In this document: positions 1 to 10,408 of the stretch, one piece after another
Position numbering within the stretch: position 1 is the first letter of the stretch
Layout of the letters: each line of letters begins with the position of its first letter
Assembly (NCBI GenBank): GCA_002424625.1
Contig: DIKR01000066.1
Location: forward strand, 26,649-80,167
From: Desulfuromonadaceae bacterium UBA5613
Lineage (GTDB): Bacteria; Desulfobacterota; Desulfuromonadia; Desulfuromonadales; UBA2197
Length of the DNA: 53,519 bases
Reading direction: 5' to 3'
The notes under the pieces: model-generated
Told to the model about the DNA's origin: nothing
Database searches by the model: none
The model's input: only the letters and a program-made list of their open reading frames with translations
Made by a program: the position numbers and the translations under genes

Positions 1-423
1 CATATCATGCAGTTCATGAAGGGACAGACGGTCTACGGCGAGCTTGAAGCCGCCAAAGCCCTGGCCCCGCTGTTGAGCATCGAACAGGTCGGTCGCAAGG
101 ATTTTGTTATTCCCGGTAAAATTGACCCGATCGATGTCGAAATGGCGCAGGCGGCTTTTGCCCGTGGCAAAGCGCTGGTCCTCAGTGGCGATTACGATCT
201 CGTCATCCTTGACGAACTCAACTGCGCCGTCGATCTCGGTCTCATCCCCCTGGCGGACGTCAAGGAGTTGATTGCTCTCAAGCCGCTCAGTACCGAACTG
301 GTCCTCACCGGCCGCGGCGCCCACCCCGAGCTTATCGCTCTCGCCGATCTGGTCACCGAGATGCGCGAGATCAAGCATTACTACAACGTCGGACAACCCG
401 CCCGGGTCGGCATTGAATCATAA
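1..423 (+). CDS. cobO: cob(I)yrinic acid a,c-diamide (corrinoid) adenosyltransferase, CobO/BtuR family, 5' truncated by the window edge
   Basis: The reading frame is open from nt 1. The C-terminal sequence ([30 protein letters not shown]) resembles CobA/CobO/BtuR as I remember the family. It sits next to B12-dependent mutase genes. Confidence 0.72.
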   Translation, partial: HIMQFMKGQTVYGELEAAKALAPLLSIEQVGRKDFVIPGKIDPIDVEMAQAAFARGKALVLSGDYDLVILDELNCAVDLGLIPLADVKELIALKPLSTELVLTGRGAHPELIALADLVTEMREIKHYYNVGQPARVGIES

Positions 424-458
424 ATCGTCAATTTCATAGAGCAAGAGGAGAGAAGATT

Positions 459-863
459 ATGGCAGAGAGAAAATTACGGCTGCTGGTCGCCAAGCCCGGC
501 CTCGATGGACATGACCGCGGCGCCAAGATCGTTGCCCGGTCTTTCCGTGACGCCGGTTTCGAAGTCATCTACACCGGCCTGCGTCAGACTCCCGAGCAGA
601 TCGTCAGTGCCGCGATTCAGGAAGATGTTGATGCGGTCAGCATGTCGATCCTCTCCGGGGCGCACAACACCCTCTTCCCCCGCGTCATCGAGCTCCTCAA
701 GGAGAAGGGCGCCCCCGAGATCCCGGTCTTCGGCGGCGGCATTATCCCCGAAGAGGATATCCCCGGCCTCCTCGAAGCCGGCGTCAAGCAGATCTTCACC
801 CCCGGCACCAGCACCCAGGCGATCAACGAGTGGGTCGTCGCTAACATTCACCCGCGCGCCTGA
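459..863 (+). CDS. methylmalonyl-CoA mutase-type cobalamin-binding small subunit (stand-alone B12-binding domain)
   Basis: 134 aa with the DxHxxG cobalamin-ligand motif ([12 protein letters not shown]), followed by SILSG and GGGIIP elements typical of MCM C-terminal domains. AGGAG-like RBS upstream. Confidence 0.87.
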   Translation: MAERKLRLLVAKPGLDGHDRGAKIVARSFRDAGFEVIYTGLRQTPEQIVSAAIQEDVDAVSMSILSGAHNTLFPRVIELLKEKGAPEIPVFGGGIIPEEDIPGLLEAGVKQIFTPGTSTQAINEWVVANIHPRA

Positions 864-871
864 TAAAATCC

Positions 872-1837
872 ATGGCATTGGCAGAACGCATCCTGCAAGG
901 GGAGATCCGGGCCACCGCCATTCTCCTCCGCGATATCGACGACGGCATGGCCAGTGCCGTTGCTGAACTCAAACAGCTTTATCCCCATACCGGCCGCGCC
1001 TTTATCCTCGGCATCACCGGCCCCCCCGGCGCCGGTAAATCGACCCTCACTGACAAGGTCATTGCCGCTTACCGTGCGCGCGGCCTCAAGGTGGCGGTTG
1101 TTGCCATCGATCCGACCAGCCCCTTTACCGGCGGTGCCATCCTCGGCGATCGTATCCGAATGAATCGGCACGCCACGGACGACGGGGTCTTTATCCGCTC
1201 CCTCGGCACCCGCGGCCATCTCGGCGGTCTGTCCCGTTCGACCAACGATATCGTCAGCGTCTTTGATGCGGCCGGCTGGGACATTGTCATTGTCGAGACC
1301 GTCGGCGTCGGTCAGGATGAAGTCGATATCGTCCGCGTTGCCCACACCTCGGTCGTGGTCATGGTGCCGGGACTGGGGGATGATATTCAGGCGATCAAGG
1401 CCGGCATCCTCGAGATCGGCGATCTCTTTGTCGTCAACAAGGCTGACCGGCCTGATGCCGACCGGGCGGTGCGCGATCTGGAGATGATGCTGGAGATGAA
1501 CCATCCCCCGGAGGGCGATTGGTGGCCGCCGGTGCTGCGTTGTGTCGCGCAAAAAGGGGAAGGGGTCGACGAACTGATCGAAAAGATCGACGAACATCGC
1601 ACCTTTTTGCAAAGTACCGAGCAGATCGAACGCTTCGAACGCAACAAAAGTACCCTGCGGTTTGAGACGCTGCTGCGCGATCAGCTTTACAGCCGTATTC
1701 ACACCCACATCAGCGCCAGCGGCGCTCTGGCAGATATGATTGCCGCCATCAGTCGCCGCGAACTCGACCCCTACAGCGCCGTCGAGACCATCCTCGCCGC
1801 CCATCTGCTGCGGGTCGATCTGCCAGAAAGTGATTGA
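872..1837 (+). CDS. meaB: methylmalonyl-CoA mutase-associated G-protein chaperone MeaB/ArgK
   Basis: 321 aa with P-loop GITGPPGAGKSTL, ETVGVGQ switch and NKAD specificity motif. Lies directly downstream of the B12-binding subunit. Confidence 0.92.
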   Translation: MALAERILQGEIRATAILLRDIDDGMASAVAELKQLYPHTGRAFILGITGPPGAGKSTLTDKVIAAYRARGLKVAVVAIDPTSPFTGGAILGDRIRMNRHATDDGVFIRSLGTRGHLGGLSRSTNDIVSVFDAAGWDIVIVETVGVGQDEVDIVRVAHTSVVVMVPGLGDDIQAIKAGILEIGDLFVVNKADRPDADRAVRDLEMMLEMNHPPEGDWWPPVLRCVAQKGEGVDELIEKIDEHRTFLQSTEQIERFERNKSTLRFETLLRDQLYSRIHTHISASGALADMIAAISRRELDPYSAVETILAAHLLRVDLPESD

Positions 1838-1878
1838 CAGTTCCGCTCTCGACTTGTTATAAACCATGCCGACATCAA

Positions 1879-1953
1879 GGGCGCATAGCTCAGCGGGAGA
1901 GCACTGCCTTCACACGGCAGTGGTCGCAGGTTCGATCCCTGCTGCGCCCACCA
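1879..1953 (+). tRNA. tRNA-Val (anticodon CAC), CCA encoded
   Basis: GGGCGCA acceptor stem pairs with TGCGCCC. Has a D-arm (AGCTCAGCGGGAGAGC), anticodon stem CTGCC/GGCAG with loop TTCACAC, T-arm GGTTCGATCC, and a 3' ACCA. Confidence 0.9.
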
Positions 1954-1960
1954 ATAAAAC

Positions 1961-1995
1961 AAGGACTTAGCCGATTTGGTTAAGTCCTTTTTGTT
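1961..1995 (+). terminator. intrinsic terminator after tRNA-Val
   Basis: AAGGACTTA / TAAGTCCTT stem followed by TTTTTGTTT. Confidence 0.6.
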
Positions 1996-2107
1996 TGCGT
2001 TGTAGCCCCCGTTGTACCCCCGTAGGGCGAAAGAAAAGCCACCGGCAAAGGTGAGACAACAGCTAAATACATTCCGGAAAGTCCGATCTCCATATCCCGG
2101 TTTCGCG

Positions 2108-2160
2108 TTAAAAACAACAACGGCCCACCAGTGATGGCGGGCCGTTGTTGTTTTGTTGTT
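2108..2160. terminator. bidirectional intrinsic terminator (serves eno on the minus strand)
   Basis: 14-bp stem AACAACAACGGCCC / GGGCCGTTGTTGTT, flanked by T-tracts on both strands. Sits about 15 nt past the eno stop. Confidence 0.65.
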
Positions 2161-2174
2161 CTTGAAACAAGCGT

Positions 2175-3539
<1,365 letters not shown>

Positions 3540-3610
3540 TCATGCGGGGAAATAGAAAACTTTTTTCATCCTTGTCGTTGCTTTCATGGCAGGAAATTAC
3601 GCGATTCTCC

Positions 3611-3640
3611 TTGTCAAATTGTCGGCGTAACGGTTATGCT
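3611..3640 (+). promoter_or_regulatory. candidate sigma70 promoter for the REC-histidine kinase operon
   Basis: TTGTCA, an 18-nt spacer, then TATGCT, about 40 nt upstream of the ATG at 3681. Confidence 0.3.
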
Positions 3641-3680
3641 GACCAGTCTAGAGCGCGATAAATTCAAGGAGTTTAGAGCA

Positions 3681-4865
3681 ATGAGTGCGAAAATTCTGAT
3701 CGTCGATGATGATCGTGTCATACTTGAGTTAGCGTCGATTATTTTACGTAGCGATGGTTACAGTGTGCAGACAGCAAGTGATGGCCTTCGCGCTCTCGAT
3801 CTCCTGGAAAAAGAAGTTTTCGAACTCGTTCTTCTTGATTTTATGATGCCGAACAAAAATGGTCTGGAGGTTTTGCACGAGATCAAGGAGAAGTTTCCCG
3901 ATATTGCTGTTATCATCTTTACTGGCATGGGGAGTGAGAATATCGCTGTAAACGCCATGAAAGCAGGGGCTGCCGATTATATTATCAAGCCCTTTCGCAA
4001 TCATGATCTCCTCGAACGCGCTGCTGCCGTATTGCGTTCCCGGAAGCTGGAGTTGCAAAACCGCGAACTTCTCGCGGAACGTGAACGTCATTTGCATGAA
4101 ATTAAACAATGGAACCTTGAGCTGGAAAGACGCGTCACCGAGAAGACTCAGGAACTGGAGTTGGCGCAGGCTGAAATCGTCCAGGGAGAAAAACTGGCGA
4201 CACTTGGCTATCTTGCCGCTGGGTTGACACACGAAATCCGTAACCCTCTTAATTCAATCAATCTCTTTGCCCAGATTCTTAAAAATAATCACGATGCCTC
4301 GCCGCAGAGTGTCGAGTTTCTCGAACGGATTCAATCTGAAATCGATCGCATCGACAATCTCCTGATCAAATTACTTTCGGTGAGTCGGGCGCAGAGAAGA
4401 GTTGATGCAGTTGTGCAGGTGAGCGCTGTTGCCACCGATGTGCTGAGTTCTTTTCAGGCGCAAATAGAAGCGCAAAAGATTCAATTACAGCAGGAAATCG
4501 TCACGACTCCTTCTTTTTATGGAGATGAAGAAGAGGTTCGGCAGATCTTTTCCAATCTCATCTCTAATGCTTTGCATGCCATGCCGACCGGCGGAGCGTT
4601 GCACTTGAGCGTGTTCCCTCGGCAGAACGCAATTCAGATCGTGGTCAGAGATAACGGTTGTGGCATTCCCCTGGAGCATCAGGCCCGTATTTTTGACCCT
4701 TTCTTTACGACCCGGCCGAAAGGGACAGGATTCGGTCTTTCCGGTGTTCTCCGCATTATCAAAAGCTATAACGGCAGGATTTCGTTGAGCAGTCAGCCCG
4801 GTAAGGGGACGACTTTTACCGTCCTGCTGCCGGTCACGGTGCCGACCAGGGAGACCCCGTCGTGA
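3681..4865 (+). CDS. hybrid response-regulator receiver / histidine kinase (REC, coiled coil, HisKA, HATPase_c; no sensor or TM domain)
   Basis: This is the real gene inside the 870-aa ORF. It starts at MSAKILIVDDD. Receiver Asp in LLDFMMP, H-box THEIRNPLNSI, N-box ISNALHAM, G-boxes RDNGCGIP and GTGFGL. Confidence 0.9.
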   Translation: MSAKILIVDDDRVILELASIILRSDGYSVQTASDGLRALDLLEKEVFELVLLDFMMPNKNGLEVLHEIKEKFPDIAVIIFTGMGSENIAVNAMKAGAADYIIKPFRNHDLLERAAAVLRSRKLELQNRELLAERERHLHEIKQWNLELERRVTEKTQELELAQAEIVQGEKLATLGYLAAGLTHEIRNPLNSINLFAQILKNNHDASPQSVEFLERIQSEIDRIDNLLIKLLSVSRAQRRVDAVVQVSAVATDVLSSFQAQIEAQKIQLQQEIVTTPSFYGDEEEVRQIFSNLISNALHAMPTGGALHLSVFPRQNAIQIVVRDNGCGIPLEHQARIFDPFFTTRPKGTGFGLSGVLRIIKSYNGRISLSSQPGKGTTFTVLLPVTVPTRETPS

Positions 4866-6460
4866 CCCTACGACTCCGTGAAGTCCCCCTGACTCTTGAT
4901 GAATCCGAGGAGCTCCTGGCGCTTCGGGTTGCCGAAGAGCTGGCGATCTCCGTCGAAGCAATTCGCGATTTACGACTGGTACGGCGGGGGATTGATGCCC
5001 GCCGCAAATCCCGTATTCTGCTCGTACATACGGTGGAATTTTCCCTGAAGGATGAAGATGAAGTCCTGCGTCGGCTCGCCGGTCATCCCCGCCTGGAAAG
5101 GGTCTCCGAGCTCCTGCCGGAGGATCTGGCCGCCCTGCCGCCGGGGCATCGAGCGCTGGTGGTCGGTATGGGGCCGGCAGGACTCTTTGCCGCGCTAGCA
5201 TTGGCGCTGCGTGGTGCCCGGGTGACGTTGATCGACCGCGGTTGTCCAGTAGAGGAGCGGGTGCCGGCAGTCGAGCGTTTTTGGCGCGACGGCACTCTTG
5301 ATCCTGAGAATAATGTCCAGTTCGGTGAGGGCGGGGCCGGTACTTTTTCTGATGGCAAGTTGACCACCCGCCTCAATCATCCTCTTACCAGTGAAGTCCT
5401 CCGCACCCTCGTTGCTTGCGGGGCGCCGGCAGAGATTCTGATTCAGGCCAAGCCGCATATCGGCACCGACCGTCTGCGTCTGGTCCTCATCCGTTTGCGG
5501 CAAAAGTTGGTGGCGCTCGGCGTGGAATTACGCTACAAAGAGCGCTTGATTGGCCTGGAGATGAGCTCCACCATCCAGGCCGGTCTTTGCAGCAGCGGCA
5601 CGCGTCTCCCTTGTGACAGTCTGGTTCTGGCTCCCGGTCACAGTGCCCGGGAAACTTATGAATTTTTGGCGCAACAGGGGGTTCGGCTGGAAGCGAAACC
5701 CTTTGCCATCGGTCTGCGGGTCGAACATCCCCGCACCCTCATCAATGCCATTCAATATGGCCTGTCCGACCATCCCCGTCTCCCTGCTGCCGATTATGCC
5801 CTGGCTTGGAATGATCCGCAAAGTCAGCGCGGCATCTACTCCTTTTGCATGTGTCCGGGAGGGGAGGTTATCCTCAGCTCTTCGGCAACCGGCGAGGTGG
5901 TAGTGAACGGCATGAGTCGCTTGCGGCGTGATAGTCCTTATTCCAATAGCGCTTTGGTCGTCACCGTCCGTCCTGATGATTTTAACGGCAGCGATTCGCT
6001 GGCCGGGGTCCGTTTTCAGCGGCATTGGGAAGAAGCCGCATTTCGTTGCGGCGGTGGCAATTATTATGCTCCCGCCCAGAATCTCATGAGTTTTCTTGGC
6101 GGTAAAGGGTCCCTCTCCGGTGTGAGTACCCGGCCGGGCGTGCGGGAGGCGGATTTGACGACGATTCTCCCTGCTTTTGTCAGTGAGGGTCTGCGCCGGG
6201 CGCTCCCCCATTTTGAGCGGAAGATGCGGGGTTTTATCACCAGTGAGGCAACCCTGATCGGTATCGAGTCCCGCACTTCGGCTCCTTTGCGGATTTTACG
6301 CAACGCAGCGGGGGAATCTCTCAGCCATCCCGGACTTTATCCGGTTGGGGAGGGGGCCGGTTATGCCGGCGGAATTATGAGCGCAGCGATCGACGGGCTG
6401 CGGATTGCCCGGTTTATCGGGGAAAAGCACCTTCATTTAAAAGAGCAGGAGTCTTTGTGA
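4862..6460 (+). CDS. FAD-dependent oxidoreductase of the COG2509 type (uncharacterised FAD-dependent dehydrogenase)
   Basis: GxGxxG in VVGMGPAGLFAALAL and the GEGGAGTFSDGKL motif I associate with COG2509. The GTG start overlaps the kinase stop (GTGA). Confidence 0.78.
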   Translation: MTLRLREVPLTLDESEELLALRVAEELAISVEAIRDLRLVRRGIDARRKSRILLVHTVEFSLKDEDEVLRRLAGHPRLERVSELLPEDLAALPPGHRALVVGMGPAGLFAALALALRGARVTLIDRGCPVEERVPAVERFWRDGTLDPENNVQFGEGGAGTFSDGKLTTRLNHPLTSEVLRTLVACGAPAEILIQAKPHIGTDRLRLVLIRLRQKLVALGVELRYKERLIGLEMSSTIQAGLCSSGTRLPCDSLVLAPGHSARETYEFLAQQGVRLEAKPFAIGLRVEHPRTLINAIQYGLSDHPRLPAADYALAWNDPQSQRGIYSFCMCPGGEVILSSSATGEVVVNGMSRLRRDSPYSNSALVVTVRPDDFNGSDSLAGVRFQRHWEEAAFRCGGGNYYAPAQNLMSFLGGKGSLSGVSTRPGVREADLTTILPAFVSEGLRRALPHFERKMRGFITSEATLIGIESRTSAPLRILRNAAGESLSHPGLYPVGEGAGYAGGIMSAAIDGLRIARFIGEKHLHLKEQESL

Positions 6461-7563
6461 AAAAGGTATTTGTGGAACAGATTCGCGAACGCGATGTCAT
6501 CGAAAGTCCTTTTCTGGTCCGGGATAAGACCATGGCTATGGCGAAAAACGGCAAACCTTACATGACGGTGAAACTCATCGATCGCAGCGGAGAGATTGAA
6601 GGACGGATCTGGGATCGGGTCGATGAATTCGATGCCCTTTTTGACCGCGACGATTTTATTGTCGTGCATGGCAAGGCGAGTACCTACCTCAATAAAAAAC
6701 AGTTGGTAATCAGCAATTTGTGCAAAATAAGCGAGGACACAATCAATCTCGCCGATTTTCTGCCGGTCTCGCCGCGCGATAGTGATGAGATGATCAGCGA
6801 ACTGAAGGCGCTGGTCGCCTCTTTGCGCGATCCGTCCTTGCGGGTGCTGGCGGACTCTTTTTTCAACGATGCCGGCTTGCTGCGCGCCTTTGCCACCGCC
6901 CCGGCGGCCAAGAGTATGCATCATGCCTATATCGGCGGTCTCCTCGAGCATTCTTTGGCGATCGCCGCCCTCGTCGACTTGATGGCGCCGCGCTATCCGG
7001 CGCTCAACCGTGATCTGATGATTCTCGGTGCCCTGTTGCACGATATCGGCAAAATCGGCGAGTTAAGTTATGTGCGCAGCTTTGATTATACCGATGAAGG
7101 GAAATTGATCGGTCATATTGTCATGGGGGTGGAGATGATTGACGAGCGCATCCGCACCCTTCCCGATTTTCCGCGCGGAACGGCGATGCTGATCAAACAT
7201 CTGATCCTGTCCCATCACGGCCAATATGATTACGGCTCGCCGAAACGTCCCAAGACCCTGGAGGCCATTGTCCTCAATTTTCTCGATGACCTCGATTCAA
7301 AGATTAACGGGGTCTCGGCGCATATCGAGCGTGAAGCCGAGAGCGCTTCCGACTGGACCAGCCACCACCGTCTTTACGATCGTTACTTTTACAAAGGTGA
7401 GAAGCCCGCGCCCGTGACTGCGCCATCTCCTGTCGTACCGGTGGTGCCAGTCACTCCAGCGCCTGCCCCGGTGGAAAAGAAACCGCCGCAGAAATCCTTT
7501 GGTCACAACCTCGGGGAGCAACTGCGCAGCGTTAATCTCGATCTCTTTAACAAGGAGTCTTAA
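6457..7563 (+). CDS. YhaM-like 3'-5' exoribonuclease (OB-fold plus HD domain)
   Basis: N-terminal OB-fold region (KNGKPYMTVKLIDRSGEIEGRIWD), HD domain (LLHDIGK, SHHG). Pro/Val-rich C-terminal tail. GTGA overlap with the upstream gene. Confidence 0.78.
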   Translation: MKKVFVEQIRERDVIESPFLVRDKTMAMAKNGKPYMTVKLIDRSGEIEGRIWDRVDEFDALFDRDDFIVVHGKASTYLNKKQLVISNLCKISEDTINLADFLPVSPRDSDEMISELKALVASLRDPSLRVLADSFFNDAGLLRAFATAPAAKSMHHAYIGGLLEHSLAIAALVDLMAPRYPALNRDLMILGALLHDIGKIGELSYVRSFDYTDEGKLIGHIVMGVEMIDERIRTLPDFPRGTAMLIKHLILSHHGQYDYGSPKRPKTLEAIVLNFLDDLDSKINGVSAHIEREAESASDWTSHHRLYDRYFYKGEKPAPVTAPSPVVPVVPVTPAPAPVEKKPPQKSFGHNLGEQLRSVNLDLFNKES

Positions 7564-7566
7564 GGC

Positions 7567-8199
7567 ATGATTTTAGACGCACACGTGGTCGGTCCGTTAC
7601 AGGTAAACAGTTTTATTGTCGGTTGTGAGGCAACTAAAGAGGCGCTGGTTATCGATCCAGGGGAAGAGGGGGAGCGCATTCTCGCCCGCCTTGCTGCTCT
7701 CGGACTGCAGCTCAAAATGATCATCAATACACACGGTCACTTTGATCATATCGGCGCCAATCGACTTTTGATGGACAGTGCCAGAGGAGTGGAGTTCCTG
7801 ATTCACAGCGCGGATGCGGAGCTTCTTCCTAAAGCCAAAGAGCACGGCCGCAAATATGGCCTCGATGTGCGCGTCTCTCCGTCCCCGACCCAGCTGTTGC
7901 AAGGGGGCGAAACGATCACTGTCGGTACTCTGAAAATTCAGGTGATTGCGACTCCTGGCCATACGCCGGGCGGCATCAGTCTCTTGATCGACGATCACCT
8001 CTTTTCCGGTGATACCCTCTTTGCCGATTCTGTCGGCCGCACCGATCTTCCCGGCGGTGACCACGACACCCTGGTCGCGTCGATCCGCAAAGGGCTCTTT
8101 GTCCTGCCGGATGCGACGATCGTTCACCCCGGCCATGGTCCGGATACGACCATCGGCCGGGAGAAGAGGCTGAACCCTTATGTTGGTATCGGGGCATAA
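7567..8199 (+). CDS. MBL-fold metallo-hydrolase (glyoxalase II / YcbL-like)
   Basis: Motifs THGHFDH, TPGHTPG, GDTLF and GRTDLPGG. Confidence 0.85.
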   Translation: MILDAHVVGPLQVNSFIVGCEATKEALVIDPGEEGERILARLAALGLQLKMIINTHGHFDHIGANRLLMDSARGVEFLIHSADAELLPKAKEHGRKYGLDVRVSPSPTQLLQGGETITVGTLKIQVIATPGHTPGGISLLIDDHLFSGDTLFADSVGRTDLPGGDHDTLVASIRKGLFVLPDATIVHPGHGPDTTIGREKRLNPYVGIGA

Positions 8200-8221
8200 T
8201 GAAATTGAGAGGGAGATGACA

Positions 8222-9415
8222 ATGTTGAAAGACAAAACCATTGTTCTCGGTGTCTGTGGCGGAATTGCCGTTTATAAATCCGTCGAACTGTTGCGCCTGC
8301 TGGTAAAAGCCGGGGCTTCTGTTCACGTGATCATGACCAAGAGTGCCTGCGAATTTGTCACCCCTTTGACTTTCCAGACCCTGTCCGGCCATCCGGTCCA
8401 TACCGAGCTCTTTAATCTGCTGCAGGAGATGGAGATCGGCCATATTACTTTGGCGGACCGGGCAGATCTCTTTATCGTCGCGCCGGCCACCGCCAATCTC
8501 GCCGGCAAACTCGCCGGGGGAATTGCCGACGATCTGCTGACGACGACCCTGATGGCGACCAAGGCGCCGGTTCTTCTCGTCCCGGCGATGAACGTCAATA
8601 TGTATGAAAATCGGATTTATCAGCGGAATGAAAAGACACTGCGTGAAGCGGGTTACCACCTGCTCGAACCGGAGTGCGGTTATCTTGCCTGTGGCTGGGA
8701 AGGGAAGGGGAAGATGCCGGCGCCGGCAACGATCGTCGCGCATGCGTCAGCGCTCCTGGCGCCGAAAGATCTGCTCGGAGAATCGATTCTGGTCACCGCC
8801 GGACCGACCCGCGAGGCGATCGATCCGGTACGTTATATTTCCAATCATTCTTCCGGGAAGATGGGTTATGCCATTGCCCGGGCGGCGCAGCAACGCGGTG
8901 CGCGGGTTATTCTCATCAGTGGTCCGGTGGCGATCCCCGCACCGCTCGGGGTTGAGTTGATTAATGTGGTGACGGCCGAAGAGATGCGGCAGGCGGTCCT
9001 GGACCGCTTGGCAGAAGTCACAATCGTGATCAAGGCGGCGGCAGTCGCTGATTATCGGCCGGCAGAGGTCTGCGGAACAAAGATCAAGAAAGGAAGCAGT
9101 GATTTGATGACACTGCCCTTGATCAAAAACGCCGATATCCTGGCGGAGATCGGCGTAAATAAAGGGCGGAGACTGGTGGTCGGCTTTGCCGCCGAGACGG
9201 CTGATTTGCTGGAGAATGCGCGTAAGAAACTTCTGAGTAAAAATCTGGATATGATTGTCGCCAATGATGTCAGTGAAGCCGGCGCCGGTTTCGATGTCGA
9301 GACCAACCGGGTGCGTTTTCTCCTTCCTGACGGCGAAGTCGAGACCCTCCCCCTGCTCGACAAGAGTGAAGTGGCCCAGAGACTCCTGGACCGCATCAGC
9401 CGCTTACGTTGTTAG
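8222..9415 (+). CDS. coaBC: bifunctional phosphopantothenoylcysteine decarboxylase / phosphopantothenate-cysteine ligase
   Basis: N-terminus MLKDKTIVLGVCGGIAVYK is like Dfp, and the CoaB half carries SSGKMG. Start chosen after the GAGGGAG RBS; 8216 or 8180 remain possible. Confidence 0.9.
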   Translation: MLKDKTIVLGVCGGIAVYKSVELLRLLVKAGASVHVIMTKSACEFVTPLTFQTLSGHPVHTELFNLLQEMEIGHITLADRADLFIVAPATANLAGKLAGGIADDLLTTTLMATKAPVLLVPAMNVNMYENRIYQRNEKTLREAGYHLLEPECGYLACGWEGKGKMPAPATIVAHASALLAPKDLLGESILVTAGPTREAIDPVRYISNHSSGKMGYAIARAAQQRGARVILISGPVAIPAPLGVELINVVTAEEMRQAVLDRLAEVTIVIKAAAVADYRPAEVCGTKIKKGSSDLMTLPLIKNADILAEIGVNKGRRLVVGFAAETADLLENARKKLLSKNLDMIVANDVSEAGAGFDVETNRVRFLLPDGEVETLPLLDKSEVAQRLLDRISRLRC

Positions 9416-10323
9416 TGGTGCTCGGAGACCAGCTCTAACAGCTTCTCCGGCTGGGTCATCCCGGCACGGAACAAATTTTTGACTTCAGCCATCTGTTTTT
9501 CAATGGCATTTTCCGATAATTTCCCTTCCAGCCAGAGGTGGTTGAGGTTGCGGCGAAGAGCGCTGGCAGCCCGCAAGGCCCGTTCTCCGGTAGGGTCCGC
9601 CTTTAGATAAGGGCAGGCATCTCCTTCGGTAAGAAAACTGTAAGCGGCCTGATAAGCTGTTTCGAGGTAATCAACCAGATCATCGCCGTCAAGAATCCAG
9701 CGGGAACGATTGTCGACCAGCTGCAGCCCTTTTTGCCAGCGTTCAATCTGGCTGAGGAGGATGATGGAGTTGAAGATCCGCTTGTTGGTACCAAAGGAAA
9801 AGAGGGTGCGGGCGAGGACAGAACGGAGCATCCGGTCGTTGTCGCGATTATCGCCGGCGGCAACTTCACGGGCCCGCGTCCAGATTTGCGGCGGCAGGCG
9901 TGCTTCGATACGCATCTCCCAGTAGGCATGATTGTGCAGGGTGGTGTTGAAGGTCCGTACGGTCTTGTAAGGGATAAAGTAGGAATGGGCGACGCAATCG
10001 GCGGCGAGATGAACCAGGTAGCCCCAGGCACAGGCTTTTTCCCGGTCGCTTTTGGCGCTGGCCAGAACTTTCTTCCCCATATTCCAGGAATGACAGTTGC
10101 GCAGGTAGTGGGTAAATTTTTTGCCGACGGTAATGTCGGCGCTTAAGCAACCGTAAAGAAAGTCGTTGGGATGCGCCACTAAAAGGGCCCGCAAGGCTGG
10201 ATTAAAATCATCGGCATGGGCAAGGAGACGGGAGCCGATCTCCAGATGGACTCCCATCCCCCAGGCAAAAGCTTCCCCGGGCAGAAGAACAAACAAGGAT
10301 AAAAGAATAACGGTTAAAATCAT
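9412..10323 (-). CDS. secreted zinc-dependent phospholipase C family protein
   Basis: Signal peptide ending AFA|WG, giving an N-terminal Trp followed by His, as in Zn-PLC/P1 nuclease-type metal sites. Later His/Asp clusters (HLAADCVAH). Confidence 0.65.
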   Translation of the reverse strand: MILTVILLSLFVLLPGEAFAWGMGVHLEIGSRLLAHADDFNPALRALLVAHPNDFLYGCLSADITVGKKFTHYLRNCHSWNMGKKVLASAKSDREKACAWGYLVHLAADCVAHSYFIPYKTVRTFNTTLHNHAYWEMRIEARLPPQIWTRAREVAAGDNRDNDRMLRSVLARTLFSFGTNKRIFNSIILLSQIERWQKGLQLVDNRSRWILDGDDLVDYLETAYQAAYSFLTEGDACPYLKADPTGERALRAASALRRNLNHLWLEGKLSENAIEKQMAEVKNLFRAGMTQPEKLLELVSEHH

Positions 10324-10408
10324 GGTGGTGGTCAGCTCCGCTGCGTGGTATGAATTCTGCGCATAACAACCTTAAATTTAGTCCTTAACCGCAATGGTGT
10401 AAAGAGCG

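Noticed and set aside
848-1867. 339-aa minus-strand ORF.
   Set aside because: It is fully antisense to meaB, has no recognisable motifs, and shows shadow-ORF composition.
1954-2174. Possible integration scar or genomic island at the tRNA-Val 3' end. A short imperfect direct repeat TGTAGCCCCCGT/TGTACCCCCGT is present.
   Set aside because: There is no integrase, no repeat of the tRNA 3' end, only about 220 nt of spacer, and the next gene is enolase. Two terminators explain most of the spacer.
10346-10361. Sigma54-like element TGGTATGAATTCTGCG (GG, 10 nt, GC) upstream of the UDG-like gene.
   Set aside because: Only the invariant dinucleotides and a few flanking bases match. There is no enhancer-binding protein gene nearby, and a DNA-repair-type gene is an unlikely RpoN target. 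A chance match is plausible.
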